Position numbers and translations under genes: made by a program
Source: Alphaproteobacteria bacterium
GTDB taxonomy: Bacteria; Pseudomonadota; Alphaproteobacteria; UBA7887
Assembly (NCBI GenBank): GCA_965200095.1
Contig: OZ241350.1
Coordinates: 1,912,215-1,976,214 of the forward strand
Reading direction: 5' to 3'
Length of the DNA: 64,000 nt
The notes under the pieces: generated by a model
Told to the model about the DNA's origin: nothing
The model's input: only the letters and a program-made list of their open reading frames with translations
The model's database searches: none
In this document: positions 31,263 to 42,205 of the stretch, piece after piece
Layout of the letters: every line of letters starts with the position of its first letter
Numbering within the stretch: the stretch's first letter is position 1

Positions 31263-31503
31263 GCGGCGCCTCCAGCGGTCGTTTCCCGGCGCGGGGCCTT
31301 CGCGACGCCTCCCGGGGCGTTACGTCCGAGTATGGGACTCGGATTAGGGCGCCCCTTGTCGCGCCGGCGGGCAGTCGCCCGGTTGACTCTCACGCTCGGG
31401 AATAATATATGCGCGGCATGACGAAGGACGCGACGATCCCGCGCCGCGCCTCGCCCGGTCGCGCGAGGCGCCGCCTTCATAGCACGACCGGCGCGGCCTG
31501 ACC

Positions 31504-32229
31504 ATGTTCGCGCGCATGGCGGAGGATATACGGACAATCATGGCGCACGATCCGGCCGCGCGTTCGCGGCTCGAGGTGGCGCTCTGCTATCCGGGGTTTC
31601 ACGCGGTCATCCTCTACCGCTTCGCGCATTTCCTGTGGCGGCGCCGGCTCAAGCTGGCGGGCCGTTTCGTGTCCCATGTCGGGCGTTTCCTCACCGGCAT
31701 CGAGATCCATCCCGGCGCGGCGATCGGGCGCCGCCTGTTCGTCGATCACGGCATGGGCGTCGTCGTCGGCGGCACTGCGGTCGTCGGCGACGATGTCACG
31801 CTCTATCAGGGGGTGACCCTGGGCGGCACGTCGCTGGAGCGCGGCGTCAAGCGCCACCCGACCCTCGAGGACGGCGTCATCGTCGGCGCGGGGGCGAGCG
31901 TGCTGGGGCCGTTCTCGGTGGGGAAGGGCGCGCGTATCGGCGCCAATGCGGTCGTCGTCGCTGAGGTCGCGCCGGGGGCGACAGTGGTCGGCATCCCTGC
32001 GAAACCGCTGGGCGGGCCGCGCAAGGCGGCGCGCAACGACGACGACTTCCTCGCCTACGGAACCCCCGACAAGATGCCGGACCCGGTCGCCCGCGGCCTC
32101 GAGGGGCTGCTCGACAAGGTCACCGAACTCACGGCGCGCGTGAAGGCGCTGGAAGCCGCGCGCGACGCGCCGGCGCCCGGGTTCGACGGCGACCGGCCCG
32201 CCGAAGGGCGCGAGGAGCGCGCGTCGTGA
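31504..32229 (+). CDS. cysE: serine O-acetyltransferase
   Basis: [34 protein letters not shown]-terminus and left-handed beta-helix hexapeptide repeats. Confidence 0.85.
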   Translation: MFARMAEDIRTIMAHDPAARSRLEVALCYPGFHAVILYRFAHFLWRRRLKLAGRFVSHVGRFLTGIEIHPGAAIGRRLFVDHGMGVVVGGTAVVGDDVTLYQGVTLGGTSLERGVKRHPTLEDGVIVGAGASVLGPFSVGKGARIGANAVVVAEVAPGATVVGIPAKPLGGPRKAARNDDDFLAYGTPDKMPDPVARGLEGLLDKVTELTARVKALEAARDAPAPGFDGDRPAEGREERAS

Positions 32230-32714
32230 AACTGGGCGCCAGGGGGCGCTACGCCGTCATGGCGATGGTCGACCTCGCGTCCGAGAGCGGCGACGCCCCG
32301 GTCGCCCTGTCGGAGATCGCCGGGCGGCAGGAGATCTCGCTCCCCTATCTCGAACAACTGTTCCGCAAACTGCGCCAGGGCGGCCTCGTCGGCAGCGTGC
32401 GCGGCCCCGGCGGCGGTTACGTCCTGGTCCGGGCGGCGGACGAAATCCGTATCGCGGACATTATTTTCGCGGTCGACGAGCCGGTCCGCGCGACCCGCTG
32501 CGCGCCGGGGTCGGGAAGCGGCTGCAAGAGCGATTCCAGCCGCTGCCTCACCCACGACCTGTGGGCGGAGCTCGGCAATCAGATTTGCCTGTTCCTCAGC
32601 GCCGTCACGCTGGCGGACGTATGCGACCGCCGGGTTCTGGGGATCAGCGGTTTCGCCTACCCGCCGCGCCGCCGGCCCGGCGCCGAGGAAACCCGCGGAG
32701 CGGGCGCGCCATGA
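32226..32714 (+). CDS. iscR: Rrf2 family transcriptional regulator IscR
   Basis: [18 protein letters not shown], plus three cysteines in C-x5-C-x5-C-type spacing. First gene of the isc cluster. Confidence 0.8.
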   Translation: MKLGARGRYAVMAMVDLASESGDAPVALSEIAGRQEISLPYLEQLFRKLRQGGLVGSVRGPGGGYVLVRAADEIRIADIIFAVDEPVRATRCAPGSGSGCKSDSSRCLTHDLWAELGNQICLFLSAVTLADVCDRRVLGISGFAYPPRRRPGAEETRGAGAP

Positions 32715-33835
32715 CCGGTCCCGCCTACTGCGACTACAACGCCGGCGCGCCGGTCCGGCCCGCCGTCGCGGAGGAAGTCGCGCGCGCCCTGACCGCCGGC
32801 GGCAATCCGTCCTCCGTGCACGCGGTCGGACGCGCCGCGCGCGCCACGGTCGAGACCGCGCGCGAAAGGGTGGCCCGGCTGGTCGGCGCGCCCCCGGAGC
32901 GGGTGGTCTTCGTCGGCGGCGGGACCGAGGCCAACAATCTCGCCCTTGCGGGAATCGCCCATGCGTCGGTCGTCGTCTCGGCGATCGAGCACGAGTCCGT
33001 GCTCGCCGCGGCTCCCGAAGCCGCGCGGGTCGCGCCGCGCGGCGACGGACGGGTGGACCTCGCGGCGCTCGAGGAGGCGCTGGCGCGGGCGGCCGCGCCC
33101 GCCCTCGTCGCGGTCATGCTGGCGAACAACGAGACGGGGGTTGTCCAGCCCGTCGCGGAGGCGGCGCGTCTCGCCCGCGCATACGGCGCGCGCGCGCATT
33201 GCGACGCCGTCCAGGCGCCGGGCCGCATCGCCGTCGACATGACGGCGCTCGGCGTCGACTCGCTCAGCCTGTCGGCGCACAAGATCGGCGGTCCGCAAGG
33301 CGTCGGCGCGCTGGTCCTCGGCGACGGCGTGGCCGTGGCGCCGCTGCTGCGCGGCGGCGGCCAGGAGCGCCGGCGGCGCGCCGGCACCGAGAACGTCGCC
33401 GCCATTGCCGGGTTCGGCGTCGCCGCGCATGAGGCGCGGGACAGCGGCGGCGAGGCGCTCCGCGCGACCGCGTTGCGCGACCGCTTCGAACGCGAGCTCC
33501 GGGCGCGCATCCCCGAGGCCGCGGTCCATGGCGGGGAGGGGCCGCGTCTGGGCAACACGAGCTGCGTCGGCCTGCCGGGCGTCGCGGCCGAGCTGCAGGT
33601 CATCGCCTGCGACCTCGCCGGGGTCGCCGTCAGCGCCGGAGCGGCGTGCAGTTCGGGCAAGGTGGCGGCGAGTCACGTGCTGCGCGCCATGGGGGTCGGC
33701 GAGCGCGCCGCCGGCGAGGCGATCAGGGTGAGTTTCGGCTGGGCGAGCCGCGACGACGATGTCGATCGCCTATGCGCGGCCCTGTTCGCCCTGTATGAAC
33801 GCGGACGCGCCCGGCGGATGGCGCGCGCCGCATGA
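32711..33835 (+). CDS. cysteine desulfurase (NifS-like, class V aminotransferase)
   Basis: PLP-lysine [16 protein letters not shown] and [11 protein letters not shown]. This is the first of two tandem desulfurases. Confidence 0.8.
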   Translation: MTGPAYCDYNAGAPVRPAVAEEVARALTAGGNPSSVHAVGRAARATVETARERVARLVGAPPERVVFVGGGTEANNLALAGIAHASVVVSAIEHESVLAAAPEAARVAPRGDGRVDLAALEEALARAAAPALVAVMLANNETGVVQPVAEAARLARAYGARAHCDAVQAPGRIAVDMTALGVDSLSLSAHKIGGPQGVGALVLGDGVAVAPLLRGGGQERRRRAGTENVAAIAGFGVAAHEARDSGGEALRATALRDRFERELRARIPEAAVHGGEGPRLGNTSCVGLPGVAAELQVIACDLAGVAVSAGAACSSGKVAASHVLRAMGVGERAAGEAIRVSFGWASRDDDVDRLCAALFALYERGRARRMARAA

Positions 33836-33848
33836 GAACGGCTGGAGA

Positions 33849-35093
33849 ATGGCAATGACCGTATCGCGCGGCGGAAGCAACATCACGCTCCCGATCTATC
33901 TCGACAACCAGGCGACCACGCCGGTGGACCCGCGCGTGCTCGACGCGATGATGCCCTATTTCAGGGAGAAATTCGGCAATCCCCATTCGCGCAGCCATGC
34001 CTATGGATGGGAAGTCGAGGAGGCCGTCGAGGAAGCGCGCGCCCGGGTCGCGGCGATCGTCGGCGCCGACCCGAAGGAGATCGTCTTCACCTCCGGGGCG
34101 ACCGAATCCAACAATCTGGCGATCAAGGGCGTCGCGCATTTCTACGGCGACCGCAAGCGGCACATCGTCACCGTGCTCACCGAGCACAAATGCGTGCTCG
34201 ACTCCTGCCGGCACCTCCAGCAGGAGGGCTTCGAGATCGACTATCTGCCGGTCCGGCCCAACGGGTTGATCGACCTCGACCGGCTGAACGACGCGATCGG
34301 CGAGCGCACGGCGCTGGTTTCGGTCATGGGGGTCAACAACGAGATCGGGGTCATCCAGCCGCTCGCCGAGATCGGCGCCCTGTGCCGCGAGCGCGGCGTG
34401 TTCTTCCACAGCGACTGCGCTCAGGCGGTCGGCAAAATCCCGCTCGACGTCAATGAGATGAACATCGACCTCATGAGCATCTCCGGGCACAAGGTCTACG
34501 GCCCCATGGGCGTCGGCGCGCTTTATGTCCGCCGCCGCCCGCGGGTGCGCCTGCGGGCGCTCATCGACGGCGGCGGGCAGGAGCGCGGGATGCGTTCGGG
34601 CACCCTGCCGGCGCCCCTCTGTATCGGCCTCGGCGCCGCCTGCCGCATCGCCCGGGACGAAATGCCGGCGGAGACCGAACGGGTGCGCATGCTGGCGCGG
34701 CGTCTGAACGACGGCATCGTGGGCCGCCTCGACGAGGTGATCCTCAACGGAGACGCCGAATGCCGCGTCGCCGGCAACCTCAATCTCAGTTTCTCCTGCG
34801 TCGAGGGGGAATCGCTGATGATGGCGATCAAGGACCTCGCGGTGTCGTCGGGCTCGGCCTGCACCTCGGCGTCTCTCGAACCGTCCTACGTGCTGCGGGC
34901 GCTCGGCGTCGACGAGGAGCTCGCGCACACCTCCATCCGCTTCGGCATCGGGCGCTTCAACACCGAGGCCGAGATCGACTACGCCATCGACACCATCTGC
35001 GAGAACGTCGGCAAACTGCGCGACATGAGTCCGCTGTGGGAGATGGTGAAGGACGGCGTCGACCTGAAATCGGTCCGATGGACGGACCATTAG
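33849..35093 (+). CDS. iscS: cysteine desulfurase IscS
   Basis: [42 protein letters not shown] and SSGSACTS active-site loop. Confidence 0.9.
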   Translation: MAMTVSRGGSNITLPIYLDNQATTPVDPRVLDAMMPYFREKFGNPHSRSHAYGWEVEEAVEEARARVAAIVGADPKEIVFTSGATESNNLAIKGVAHFYGDRKRHIVTVLTEHKCVLDSCRHLQQEGFEIDYLPVRPNGLIDLDRLNDAIGERTALVSVMGVNNEIGVIQPLAEIGALCRERGVFFHSDCAQAVGKIPLDVNEMNIDLMSISGHKVYGPMGVGALYVRRRPRVRLRALIDGGGQERGMRSGTLPAPLCIGLGAACRIARDEMPAETERVRMLARRLNDGIVGRLDEVILNGDAECRVAGNLNLSFSCVEGESLMMAIKDLAVSSGSACTSASLEPSYVLRALGVDEELAHTSIRFGIGRFNTEAEIDYAIDTICENVGKLRDMSPLWEMVKDGVDLKSVRWTDH

Positions 35094-35145
35094 GCTGTGC
35101 GGGGAGACCCGCCGCGGCAGGAACCACGCAAGGAGGCAGTCGGAT

Positions 35146-35547
35146 ATGGCGTATAACGACAAGGTGATCGAGCACTATGAGAACCCGCGCAATGTGGGGT
35201 CGCTCGACAAGACGGACCGGCAGGTGGGCACCGGCCTGGTCGGCGCGCCGGCCTGCGGCGACGTGATGAAGTTGCAGATCAGGGTCGGCGACGACGGCGT
35301 GATCGAGGACGCCAGGTTCAAGACCTTCGGCTGCGGTTCGGCCATCGCCTCGAGTTCGCTGGCCACGGAATGGATCAAGGGCAAGTCGGTCGCCGACGCG
35401 GCGGAGATCAGGAACACGCACATCGCCGAGCACCTGTCGCTGCCGCCCGTCAAGATCCATTGCTCGGTTCTCGCCGAGGACGCAATCAAGGCGGCGATCG
35501 CCGACTATCGCACCAAGCAGGCGGACCTGTCGCCGGATGCCGACTGA
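35146..35547 (+). CDS. iscU: Fe-S cluster assembly scaffold IscU
   Basis: YNDKVIEHYENPRNVGSL, GAPACGDVMKLQ and LPPVKIHCSVLAEDAIKAAI. Confidence 0.9.
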   Translation: MAYNDKVIEHYENPRNVGSLDKTDRQVGTGLVGAPACGDVMKLQIRVGDDGVIEDARFKTFGCGSAIASSSLATEWIKGKSVADAAEIRNTHIAEHLSLPPVKIHCSVLAEDAIKAAIADYRTKQADLSPDAD

Positions 35548-35605
35548 CCCGATGCCGGCGCAGTCGAAGGCGGTCCGGGCGGCGCCGGCGCGCGCACGTC
35601 CGCCG

Positions 35606-35929
35606 ATGGTGCGGCTGACCGACGCGGCCGCCGACCGCATCCGCCATCTGCTCGCGCGGCGGGGCAGGGATTCGGCGGGCATTCGCGTCGGCGTGCGTCA
35701 CGCCGGCTGTTCGGGACTCGCCTACAACCTCGAATATGCCGACTCGGTGGGGCCGTTCGACGAAGTGGTGGAAGACAAGGGGGTGACGGTGCTCATCGAC
35801 CCGAAGGCGGTGATGTTTCTCATCGGCGCCGAGATGGATTTCGTCGAGGAAAGATTGCGCGCCGGCTTCACCTTCAACAACCCGAACGTCAAGGGCGAAT
35901 GCGGCTGCGGCGAATCGTTCCACGTGTAG
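35606..35929 (+). CDS. iscA: iron-sulfur cluster insertion protein IscA/ErpA family
   Basis: MVRLTDAAADRIRHLL... and C-terminal GECGCGESFHV. The start is uncertain: the ORF opens at 35537, and 35552 is an alternative. Confidence 0.8.
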   Translation: MVRLTDAAADRIRHLLARRGRDSAGIRVGVRHAGCSGLAYNLEYADSVGPFDEVVEDKGVTVLIDPKAVMFLIGAEMDFVEERLRAGFTFNNPNVKGECGCGESFHV

Positions 35930-35951
35930 GCGCGCCGCTTCCCGTCGCACG

Positions 35952-36581
35952 ATGACCGCAACCTCGCGCCCTGCGGCGACTCCCGCCCGCTGCCGGTCGT
36001 GCAAGGGGCGGCGGGACCCGGACGCCGCCTTCTGCGGCGTCTGCGGCGCCGTGCAGCCGCCGGGGCCCGCCGACCATTTCGCGCGCCTCGGCCTCGCGCG
36101 CGGATTCGCCGTCGACACCGCCGACCTCGAGCGGCGCTATTTCGCCCTTCAACGCAAGCTCCACCCGGACCGCTTCGCCGGCCGTCCGGCGACCGAGCGC
36201 GCGCTGTCGATGCAGCATTCGACGGCGCTCAACGAGGCTTACGGCGTGCTCGCGGACCCGCTGCGCCGCGCCGAATATCTGCTGTCGCTGCTCGGCGTGA
36301 CCGTCAATGCCGAGACCGGCAATCGCGCCACCGACCCGGAGGTCCTCGCCGAGGCGATGGAGGACCGCGAGGCGGCCATGGAGGCGGGGGATACCGCCGC
36401 CGTGGACCGGCTGGCGGCCGGCGCGAAGGAGCGCCGCGCCGCCTGCGAGGACGAGCTCGCCCGATCTTTCGCGGCGGAGGACGCCGAAGCCGCCGCCCGT
36501 CTCGCGACGCGGCTGAAATATCTCGACGCTCTCGCCGGCGAGTTGCGCGCGCGGCGCCGTATCGTCGCCGAAGCCGTCTGA
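35952..36581 (+). CDS. hscB: Fe-S protein assembly co-chaperone HscB with N-terminal Cys4 extension
   Basis: J-domain region ALQRKLHPDRFAG. An N-terminal CRSC...CGVCG tetracysteine precedes it. Confidence 0.75.
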   Translation: MTATSRPAATPARCRSCKGRRDPDAAFCGVCGAVQPPGPADHFARLGLARGFAVDTADLERRYFALQRKLHPDRFAGRPATERALSMQHSTALNEAYGVLADPLRRAEYLLSLLGVTVNAETGNRATDPEVLAEAMEDREAAMEAGDTAAVDRLAAGAKERRAACEDELARSFAAEDAEAAARLATRLKYLDALAGELRARRRIVAEAV

Positions 36582-36586
36582 CGCCG

Positions 36587-38452
36587 ATGCTGCTCGACAT
36601 CCACGAACCCGGTCATGAACCGGCCCCGGCGCCCTCGCCCGCTGTCGGCATCGACCTGGGCACCACCAATTCGGTCGTCGCGACGGCGCGCAACGGGGTG
36701 TCCGAAGTGCTGCGCGACCCGCAGGGCGCCGCCCTCGTCCCGTCGGTCGTCGCCTACGGTGCCGGCGCGCCTGTCGTCGGCGCCGCGGCGCTCGACCCGG
36801 TGGACCGGGGCGCCGGCGAAGCCGGCGAAACCGTCTCCTCGATCAAGCGCCTCATGGGGCGCGGGGCGGAAGACATCGCCGCGCTGGCGGGGAGTTTGCC
36901 CTACCGGGTGCTGCCCGGCGACGGCATGGCGCGCCTTGAGGTGGGCGGGCGCGCGCTCACGCCGGTGGAGATTTCGGCCGACATCCTGCGCGCCCTGCGC
37001 GCCCGCGCCGAGACGGCGCTCGGCGAGGAGGTGACGAAGGCCGTCGTGACCGTGCCGGCCTATTTCGACGATGCGGCGCGCACCGCGACCCGCGACGCCG
37101 CGCGCCTCGCGGGGCTCGAAGCGCTGCGTCTGGTGAGCGAACCCACCGCCGCCGCGCTCGCTTACGGCCTCGACAAGGCGGCGGAGGGCCTCTACGCGGT
37201 TTTCGATCTCGGCGGCGGCACGTTCGACGTCTCGGTCCTGCGACTCGAAAAGGGCGTTTTCCAGGTGCTCGCCACAGGCGGCGATGCGGCGCTGGGGGGG
37301 GACGATTTCGACCGCGCGCTCGCCGCTCATCTGCTTGCCGCGCGCGGCGTGGCGGAGGGCGCGCTGGACGAAGCCGAGGTCAAATCCGTCCTGCTGTCCG
37401 CGCGCCGCGCCAAGGAGTCTCTCAGCGTCGGGGAGCGGGCGACGGTGGCGCTGCCGGACGGCGGCGCAGCGGAGATCGACCGCGCGACATTCGAAAGCCT
37501 GATCGCGCCGCTGGTCGAGCGCGCCATCGGCATTTGCGCCTCGGTGCTCGAGGACGCCGACCTCCCGCGCGAGGCGCTTGAGGGCGTGGTGCTCGTCGGC
37601 GGCGCGACGCGCGTTCCTCTGGTCGCCGCCCGCGTCGCGGCGCTGTTCGGGCGCGCCCCGCTCTCCGACATAGACCCCGACGAGGTCGTCGCGCGCGGCG
37701 CCGCATTGCAGGCGGAAGCGCTGACGGCGGGTTCCGATACGCTGCTGCTCGACGTAACGCCGCTTTCCCTCGGCATCGAGACGATGGGCGGGTTGTTCGA
37801 GAGGATCGTCCCGCGCAACACCCCGATACCCGCCGCCCGGGCGCAGGATTTCACGACGTATAGCGATGGCCAGACCGGAATGAGCGTCCATGTGCTGCAA
37901 GGCGAGCGCGAAACGGTCGACCTGAACCGCTCGCTGGCGCGCTTCGAACTGACGGGGATCCCGCCCATGGTCGCGGGGGCGGCGCGTATTCGCGTCACCT
38001 TCGCGGTCGACGCCGACGGCCTCCTGACCGTCGGCGCGCGGGAGGAAACGACGGGGACCGAAAGCGCCGTCGAAGTGAAGCCGTCTTACGGTCTGACCGA
38101 CGGCGAGATCGAACGGATGCTCTACGACAGCATGGAGCACGCGCGCGACGACGCGACGCGACGTCTGCTCGCCGAGTCGCGCGTTGCGGCGGAACGCATG
38201 GTCGCCGCAACCCGCGCCGCGCTCGCCGCCGACGCAAGCCTGCTCGCGGCGGGCGAGGGGCGGCGCATCGGGGCCGCCATCGACGAACTCGAACGCGCCG
38301 TCGCCGGCGACGACCGCGGCCTCATCGAAGCGCTGACGACAGCGCTGGACGACACCGCGAGACCTTTCGCACAGAAGCGCATGGACCGGTCGATCGCCGC
38401 CGCCCTCGAAGGCCGCGACATCGCGTCCGTCGACGCCAGTCTCGGAGGCTGA
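36587..38452 (+). CDS. hscA: Fe-S protein assembly chaperone HscA (Hsp70 family)
   Basis: [12 protein letters not shown] and [10 protein letters not shown] Hsp70 signatures. The start was trimmed from ORF 35999..38452 to MLLDIHEP. Confidence 0.9.
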   Translation: MLLDIHEPGHEPAPAPSPAVGIDLGTTNSVVATARNGVSEVLRDPQGAALVPSVVAYGAGAPVVGAAALDPVDRGAGEAGETVSSIKRLMGRGAEDIAALAGSLPYRVLPGDGMARLEVGGRALTPVEISADILRALRARAETALGEEVTKAVVTVPAYFDDAARTATRDAARLAGLEALRLVSEPTAAALAYGLDKAAEGLYAVFDLGGGTFDVSVLRLEKGVFQVLATGGDAALGGDDFDRALAAHLLAARGVAEGALDEAEVKSVLLSARRAKESLSVGERATVALPDGGAAEIDRATFESLIAPLVERAIGICASVLEDADLPREALEGVVLVGGATRVPLVAARVAALFGRAPLSDIDPDEVVARGAALQAEALTAGSDTLLLDVTPLSLGIETMGGLFERIVPRNTPIPAARAQDFTTYSDGQTGMSVHVLQGERETVDLNRSLARFELTGIPPMVAGAARIRVTFAVDADGLLTVGAREETTGTESAVEVKPSYGLTDGEIERMLYDSMEHARDDATRRLLAESRVAAERMVAATRAALAADASLLAAGEGRRIGAAIDELERAVAGDDRGLIEALTTALDDTARPFAQKRMDRSIAAALEGRDIASVDASLGG

Positions 38453-38454
38453 CG

Positions 38455-38787
38455 GTGCCGCGGGTTACCTTTGTCACTGCGGACGGGGAACGCCGCGACA
38501 TCGACGCGGCGGAGGGCCAGACGATCCTCGAAATCGCCCACCGCAACGGCATCGATCTCGAGGGCGCCTGCGAAGGAGCGCTCGCCTGTTCGACCTGTCA
38601 CGTCATCGTCGACCCGGCGTTTTACGACCGTCTCGGCGAACCCTCGGAGGACGAGGAAGACATGCTCGATCTCGCTTTCGGGCTGACGCACACATCGCGC
38701 CTCGGCTGCCAGATCACCGTCACCGGGGCGCTGGACGGGATCGTCCTCACGCTGCCGGCGGCGACGCGCAACGTCATGCTGGGATGA
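38455..38787 (+). CDS. fdx: ISC-system [2Fe-2S] ferredoxin
   Basis: [14 protein letters not shown] ... LGCQI cysteine ligands. Confidence 0.85.
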   Translation: MPRVTFVTADGERRDIDAAEGQTILEIAHRNGIDLEGACEGALACSTCHVIVDPAFYDRLGEPSEDEEDMLDLAFGLTHTSRLGCQITVTGALDGIVLTLPAATRNVMLG

Positions 38788-38803
38788 GCGGGGGGAGGGA
38801 GCG

Positions 38804-38998
38804 ATGAAGTGGACCGACGTATACGACATCGCCATCGAATTGGAGGAGCGCCATCCCGAGGCGGACAACGTCAACCTGCGCTTCACCGATTTGCACCGCT
38901 GGGTCGTCGGGCTTCCCGGCTTCGACGACGACCCCGAACGCTCCAACGAGAAGATACTGGAGGCCATACAGATGGCGTGGATCGAGGAGCGGGACTGA
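38804..38998 (+). CDS. iscX: Fe-S assembly protein IscX
   Basis: 64-aa acidic protein MKWTDVYDIAIELEERHPE, positioned after fdx. Confidence 0.7.
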   Translation: MKWTDVYDIAIELEERHPEADNVNLRFTDLHRWVVGLPGFDDDPERSNEKILEAIQMAWIEERD

Positions 38999-39005
38999 CC
39001 GCGCC

Positions 39006-39971
39006 ATGCCCGCCGTCCTGCGCATGCCCGAGTCGCGCTTCGCGTCGCTTCCGGGCTATCCCTTCGCGCCTCGCTGGCTCGAGGAGACGGCGGGGTTTCC
39101 CGGCGCCCGCATCCATTACGTGGACGAAACCCCGGTCGCGGCGAAGCCCGAAACCGTGCTCTGCCTCCACGGCCATCCCACCTGGAGCTACCTGTTCCGG
39201 CGCATGATCCCGCGCCTCGTCGCGGCCGGCTACCGCACCGTCGCCCCCGACCTGCCGGGGTTCGGGAAATCGGACAAGCCCGTCGACGAATCGCTGTTCA
39301 CCGCGGGTTCGCTGCGCGCCTCGGTCGTGGACCTCATCGAACGCCTCGACCTTCAGGACATCGTCGTCATGGGCCACGACTGGGGCGGGACTCTGGCGCT
39401 GACCCTGCCGCACGCCGTCCCGCAGCGCATCGCCGGGCTGGCGGTCATGAACTGCGTCTTGCCGACGGGGGACCGGCGCCTGCCCGAAGGCGCGCTCGGC
39501 TGGCGCGCCTACAATGCCGACAACCCGGACCTGAACGTGCCGGGATTGATGGCGAAGGCGAACCGGATACTCACCTTCGGCGAGTGCCGGGCCTATGGCG
39601 CCCCGTTCCCGGACGCCGCGCACAAGGCCGCGGTGCGCGCCCTGCCGGCGCTGCTGTCCGAAGACCGCGACGCTCCCGGGGCGGCGCTGCTGCGCGAGGC
39701 GCGCGACTGGCTCGCCGGGTCGTGGAACGGCGCCTCGCAGATCGTCTGGGGTATGCGCGACCCCGTGTACGGCCATTCCGTGCTGCGCCGCCTTCACGCT
39801 CTCCTGCCCGCTTCGCCGAAACCGCTGACCCTTGAACATGCCGGTCATTTCACGCCCGAATGGGGAGACGAGTTCGTCCTCGGGGCGATGGAGTCGATAG
39901 CCGCGCAGATCGCCGCACGGCGCACCGCCGAAGCGGCGGGCGAAGGGGAGGGCGCTCATGCCTCCGCATGA
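39006..39971 (+). CDS. haloalkane dehalogenase-like alpha/beta hydrolase
   Basis: HGHPTWSYLFRRMIPRLVAAGYRTVAPDLPGFGKSDKP and nucleophile motif GHDWGG. Confidence 0.65.
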   Translation: MPAVLRMPESRFASLPGYPFAPRWLEETAGFPGARIHYVDETPVAAKPETVLCLHGHPTWSYLFRRMIPRLVAAGYRTVAPDLPGFGKSDKPVDESLFTAGSLRASVVDLIERLDLQDIVVMGHDWGGTLALTLPHAVPQRIAGLAVMNCVLPTGDRRLPEGALGWRAYNADNPDLNVPGLMAKANRILTFGECRAYGAPFPDAAHKAAVRALPALLSEDRDAPGAALLREARDWLAGSWNGASQIVWGMRDPVYGHSVLRRLHALLPASPKPLTLEHAGHFTPEWGDEFVLGAMESIAAQIAARRTAEAAGEGEGAHASA

Positions 39972-40641
39972 CGACGCATCGCTGTTCGCGCGCCTCCGCG
40001 CCTCGTGCGCGAAAGAATGGCGCGCCTATTGCCGTCATCGCTTCGTCGCCGGCATCGCCGACGGCAGCCTGCCGGAAGGCGCGTTCCGCCATTACCTCGT
40101 TCAGGACTATCTGTTCCTGATCCAGTTCGCCCGCGCTTATGCGCTCGCGGCGTACAAGGCGGACAGGGTAGAAGACATGCGCGCCGCCGCGACCACGCTT
40201 TCCGGCATTCTCGATACCGAAATGGGCCTGCATGTCCGCTATTGCGGAGAATGGGGACTCGACGAGGCGGAGATGGCGGCGACCCCGGAAGCGCTGGAGA
40301 CCGTCGCCTACACCCGCTTCGCGCTGGATTGCGGCCAGGCCGGCGATCTGCTCGATCTGCTCGTCGTCCTCGCGCCCTGCGTCGTGGGCTATGGCGAGAT
40401 CGGCCGGCGCCTCGGCGCCGACCCGGCAACGAAGCGCGAGGGCAACCCCTATGCGGGCTGGATCGAAACCTACGCCGCCGCCGACTACCGGGCGGTTGCC
40501 GACGGCGCGCGCGCGCAGCTCGACCGTCTCGCGGACAGGTCCGGCGCCGCGGCCCGTTTCCCGCGCCTGAGTGCGCTCTTCGCCCAGGCCACCCGGCTGG
40601 AGATCGGCTTCTGGGACATGGGCTGGGCGGCGGGCCGATGA
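39958..40641 (+). CDS. tenA: TenA family thiaminase II / aminopyrimidine aminohydrolase
   Basis: FRHYLVQDYLFLIQFARAYALAAYKA is a typical TenA helix. Catalytic Cys context VLAPCVVGYGEIG. Confidence 0.7.
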   Translation: MPPHDDASLFARLRASCAKEWRAYCRHRFVAGIADGSLPEGAFRHYLVQDYLFLIQFARAYALAAYKADRVEDMRAAATTLSGILDTEMGLHVRYCGEWGLDEAEMAATPEALETVAYTRFALDCGQAGDLLDLLVVLAPCVVGYGEIGRRLGADPATKREGNPYAGWIETYAAADYRAVADGARAQLDRLADRSGAAARFPRLSALFAQATRLEIGFWDMGWAAGR

Positions 40642-40836
40642 GGGAGCGGCGCCAGGGCATGGTTTCCCAATTTGTGGCGTGGCGTGCTTGACACGCCGTA
40701 TGATCGGCAATAGCCTGTGCGCGATTGGATAAATGTCCGACAGTCGTCGGGTCGTTACATGTATCTTGAACGGTTGCCCGACCACGCGACGGCAATGTGT
40801 CGATGCGTTCGCCGAAAAATAATGATGGAGGAGAAA

Positions 40837-41705
40837 ATGTCGAAGAAATCCAAGAAAGGTCCTGTCGTAGTATCGGTGATCAACCTTAAGGGCGGGGTTG
40901 GAAAAACAACGGTCGCGGCACTGCTGGCGAGGCATATCGCGAGGGAAAATTTGAATGTGCTGGCTGTGGATTTGGACCCGCAAGCAAATTTGAGTCAAGC
41001 TCTTATGACTGAAAGCGAGTACATCCAATTTATGCATAATAGAGAACCCTAACCATTGTGGAGCTCTTTAATGACTACATACCGCCGTCTCGTGACCGAG
41101 AGGCTCCTACTCGTTTGGACGACGACAAAATCGTGAAATCGGTAGGGTATGGAGAAAGACTGCACCTTATTCCGTCAAGATTTGATTTCTCCGATAATTT
41201 AATCTGTTCGAATAGCGTCGATGCCAGAATTTTTGCGAAATTCATTTCCAGAACCCCTAAAAATATGGACCTCGTCCTGATCGACTGTGCACCGACCGAG
41301 TCGATAATCACCAAAGCCGCCTATCATGCATCCCGTTACATCCTGCTTCCGGTGCGAACCGAATTTCTCTCGACCATTGGATTTCCCCTGTTGAATGAAT
41401 CTTTGAAGAAATTCAGATCCAACAATCCCGGCCATGATATCGATGTATGTGGCGTCCTGATCAATAACAGTAGAACAAGTGGATCTCCACGGGGGCCCCA
41501 TCATGATGATTCCCTGAACGACATCCGACAGAAGGCTGAAGAGTACGGCTGGCCGGTAATGGAAGAGCAGATGTTTCATTCCGACGGATACCCGAAGTTG
41601 ATGAAAGAGGAGTATCCTCATCATGTTGGAAATTCTTGGTATGAATTCCCGCCAATCGCCGAGGAATTTATGAAAACGGTCGGACTGTCTTCGCGGAGGA
41701 AGTGA
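40837..41705 (+). pseudogene. ParA/MinD-like ATPase interrupted by a frameshift and in-frame stop (TAA at 41048-41050)
   Basis: The N-terminal ORF has the deviant Walker A VINLKGGVGKTT and DLDPQANLS. The downstream ORF, in another frame, continues with LIPSRFDFSD and Walker B DLVLIDCAP. The region is low-GC relative to its flanks. Confidence 0.6.
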
Positions 41706-41707
41706 TC

Positions 41708-42190
41708 ATGCAGCGCGACACCCTGCGGAAATTGCTTTCCACCCTCATCGACGATTGCGGGTACGACGCGGTTCGTAAGTCCGTGGAAGCCCTCGATCCC
41801 GGAGCGGCGAGCGCCCGTGCTCCGCGAGGGGCGATTGATAAGAGAAGAGGAAGGCCGCGGGCGAAATTGACGGCGGTTGCCGTAGTGGATTCTTTGGGTA
41901 TTTCGGACGCGGAAAAGAAAGATGCGCTGATGGTTCTTGCACACAAATACGATGCGAAGGAATTTATGCCGAACATCAACCATATCCGTGCTTTCGTGGA
42001 GCGGGAAGGGGTTGACGTTTCCTGTGTCAGATCGAGACAACAGGCTACACATACGGTGTTCAGAAACCTGGGGAATTGGGAAACACGAAAATTGCAGGAA
42101 TTGGAGACGAGGGGCGCGTACGGTCGCCCGAAATCGCTTTCCGTTATCGCCGGCGCTATCGAATCCGTCGGGAGGCAAAATCGCCTTTAA
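41708..42190 (+). CDS. hypothetical protein (160 aa) with AT-hook-like KRRGRPRAK motif, translationally coupled to the ParA-like gene
   Basis: ATG lies 3 nt after the ParA-like stop, preceded by GGAGGAAG. No recognised family. Confidence 0.4.
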   Translation: MQRDTLRKLLSTLIDDCGYDAVRKSVEALDPGAASARAPRGAIDKRRGRPRAKLTAVAVVDSLGISDAEKKDALMVLAHKYDAKEFMPNINHIRAFVEREGVDVSCVRSRQQATHTVFRNLGNWETRKLQELETRGAYGRPKSLSVIAGAIESVGRQNRL

Positions 42191-42205
42191 TTTTTCCCGA
42201 CGCGC

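Noticed and set aside
36239-38140. 633-aa minus-strand ORF opposite hscA (also 35999..38452 + upstream extension)
   Set aside because: Antisense of the Hsp70-family gene. The plus ORF's first 196 aa are an out-of-context extension across hscB in another frame.
41040-41060. Programmed ribosomal frameshift in the ParA-like gene
   Set aside because: There is no slippery heptamer or stimulatory structure. Partition ATPases are not known to use recoding. A decaying gene or a sequencing error is more parsimonious.
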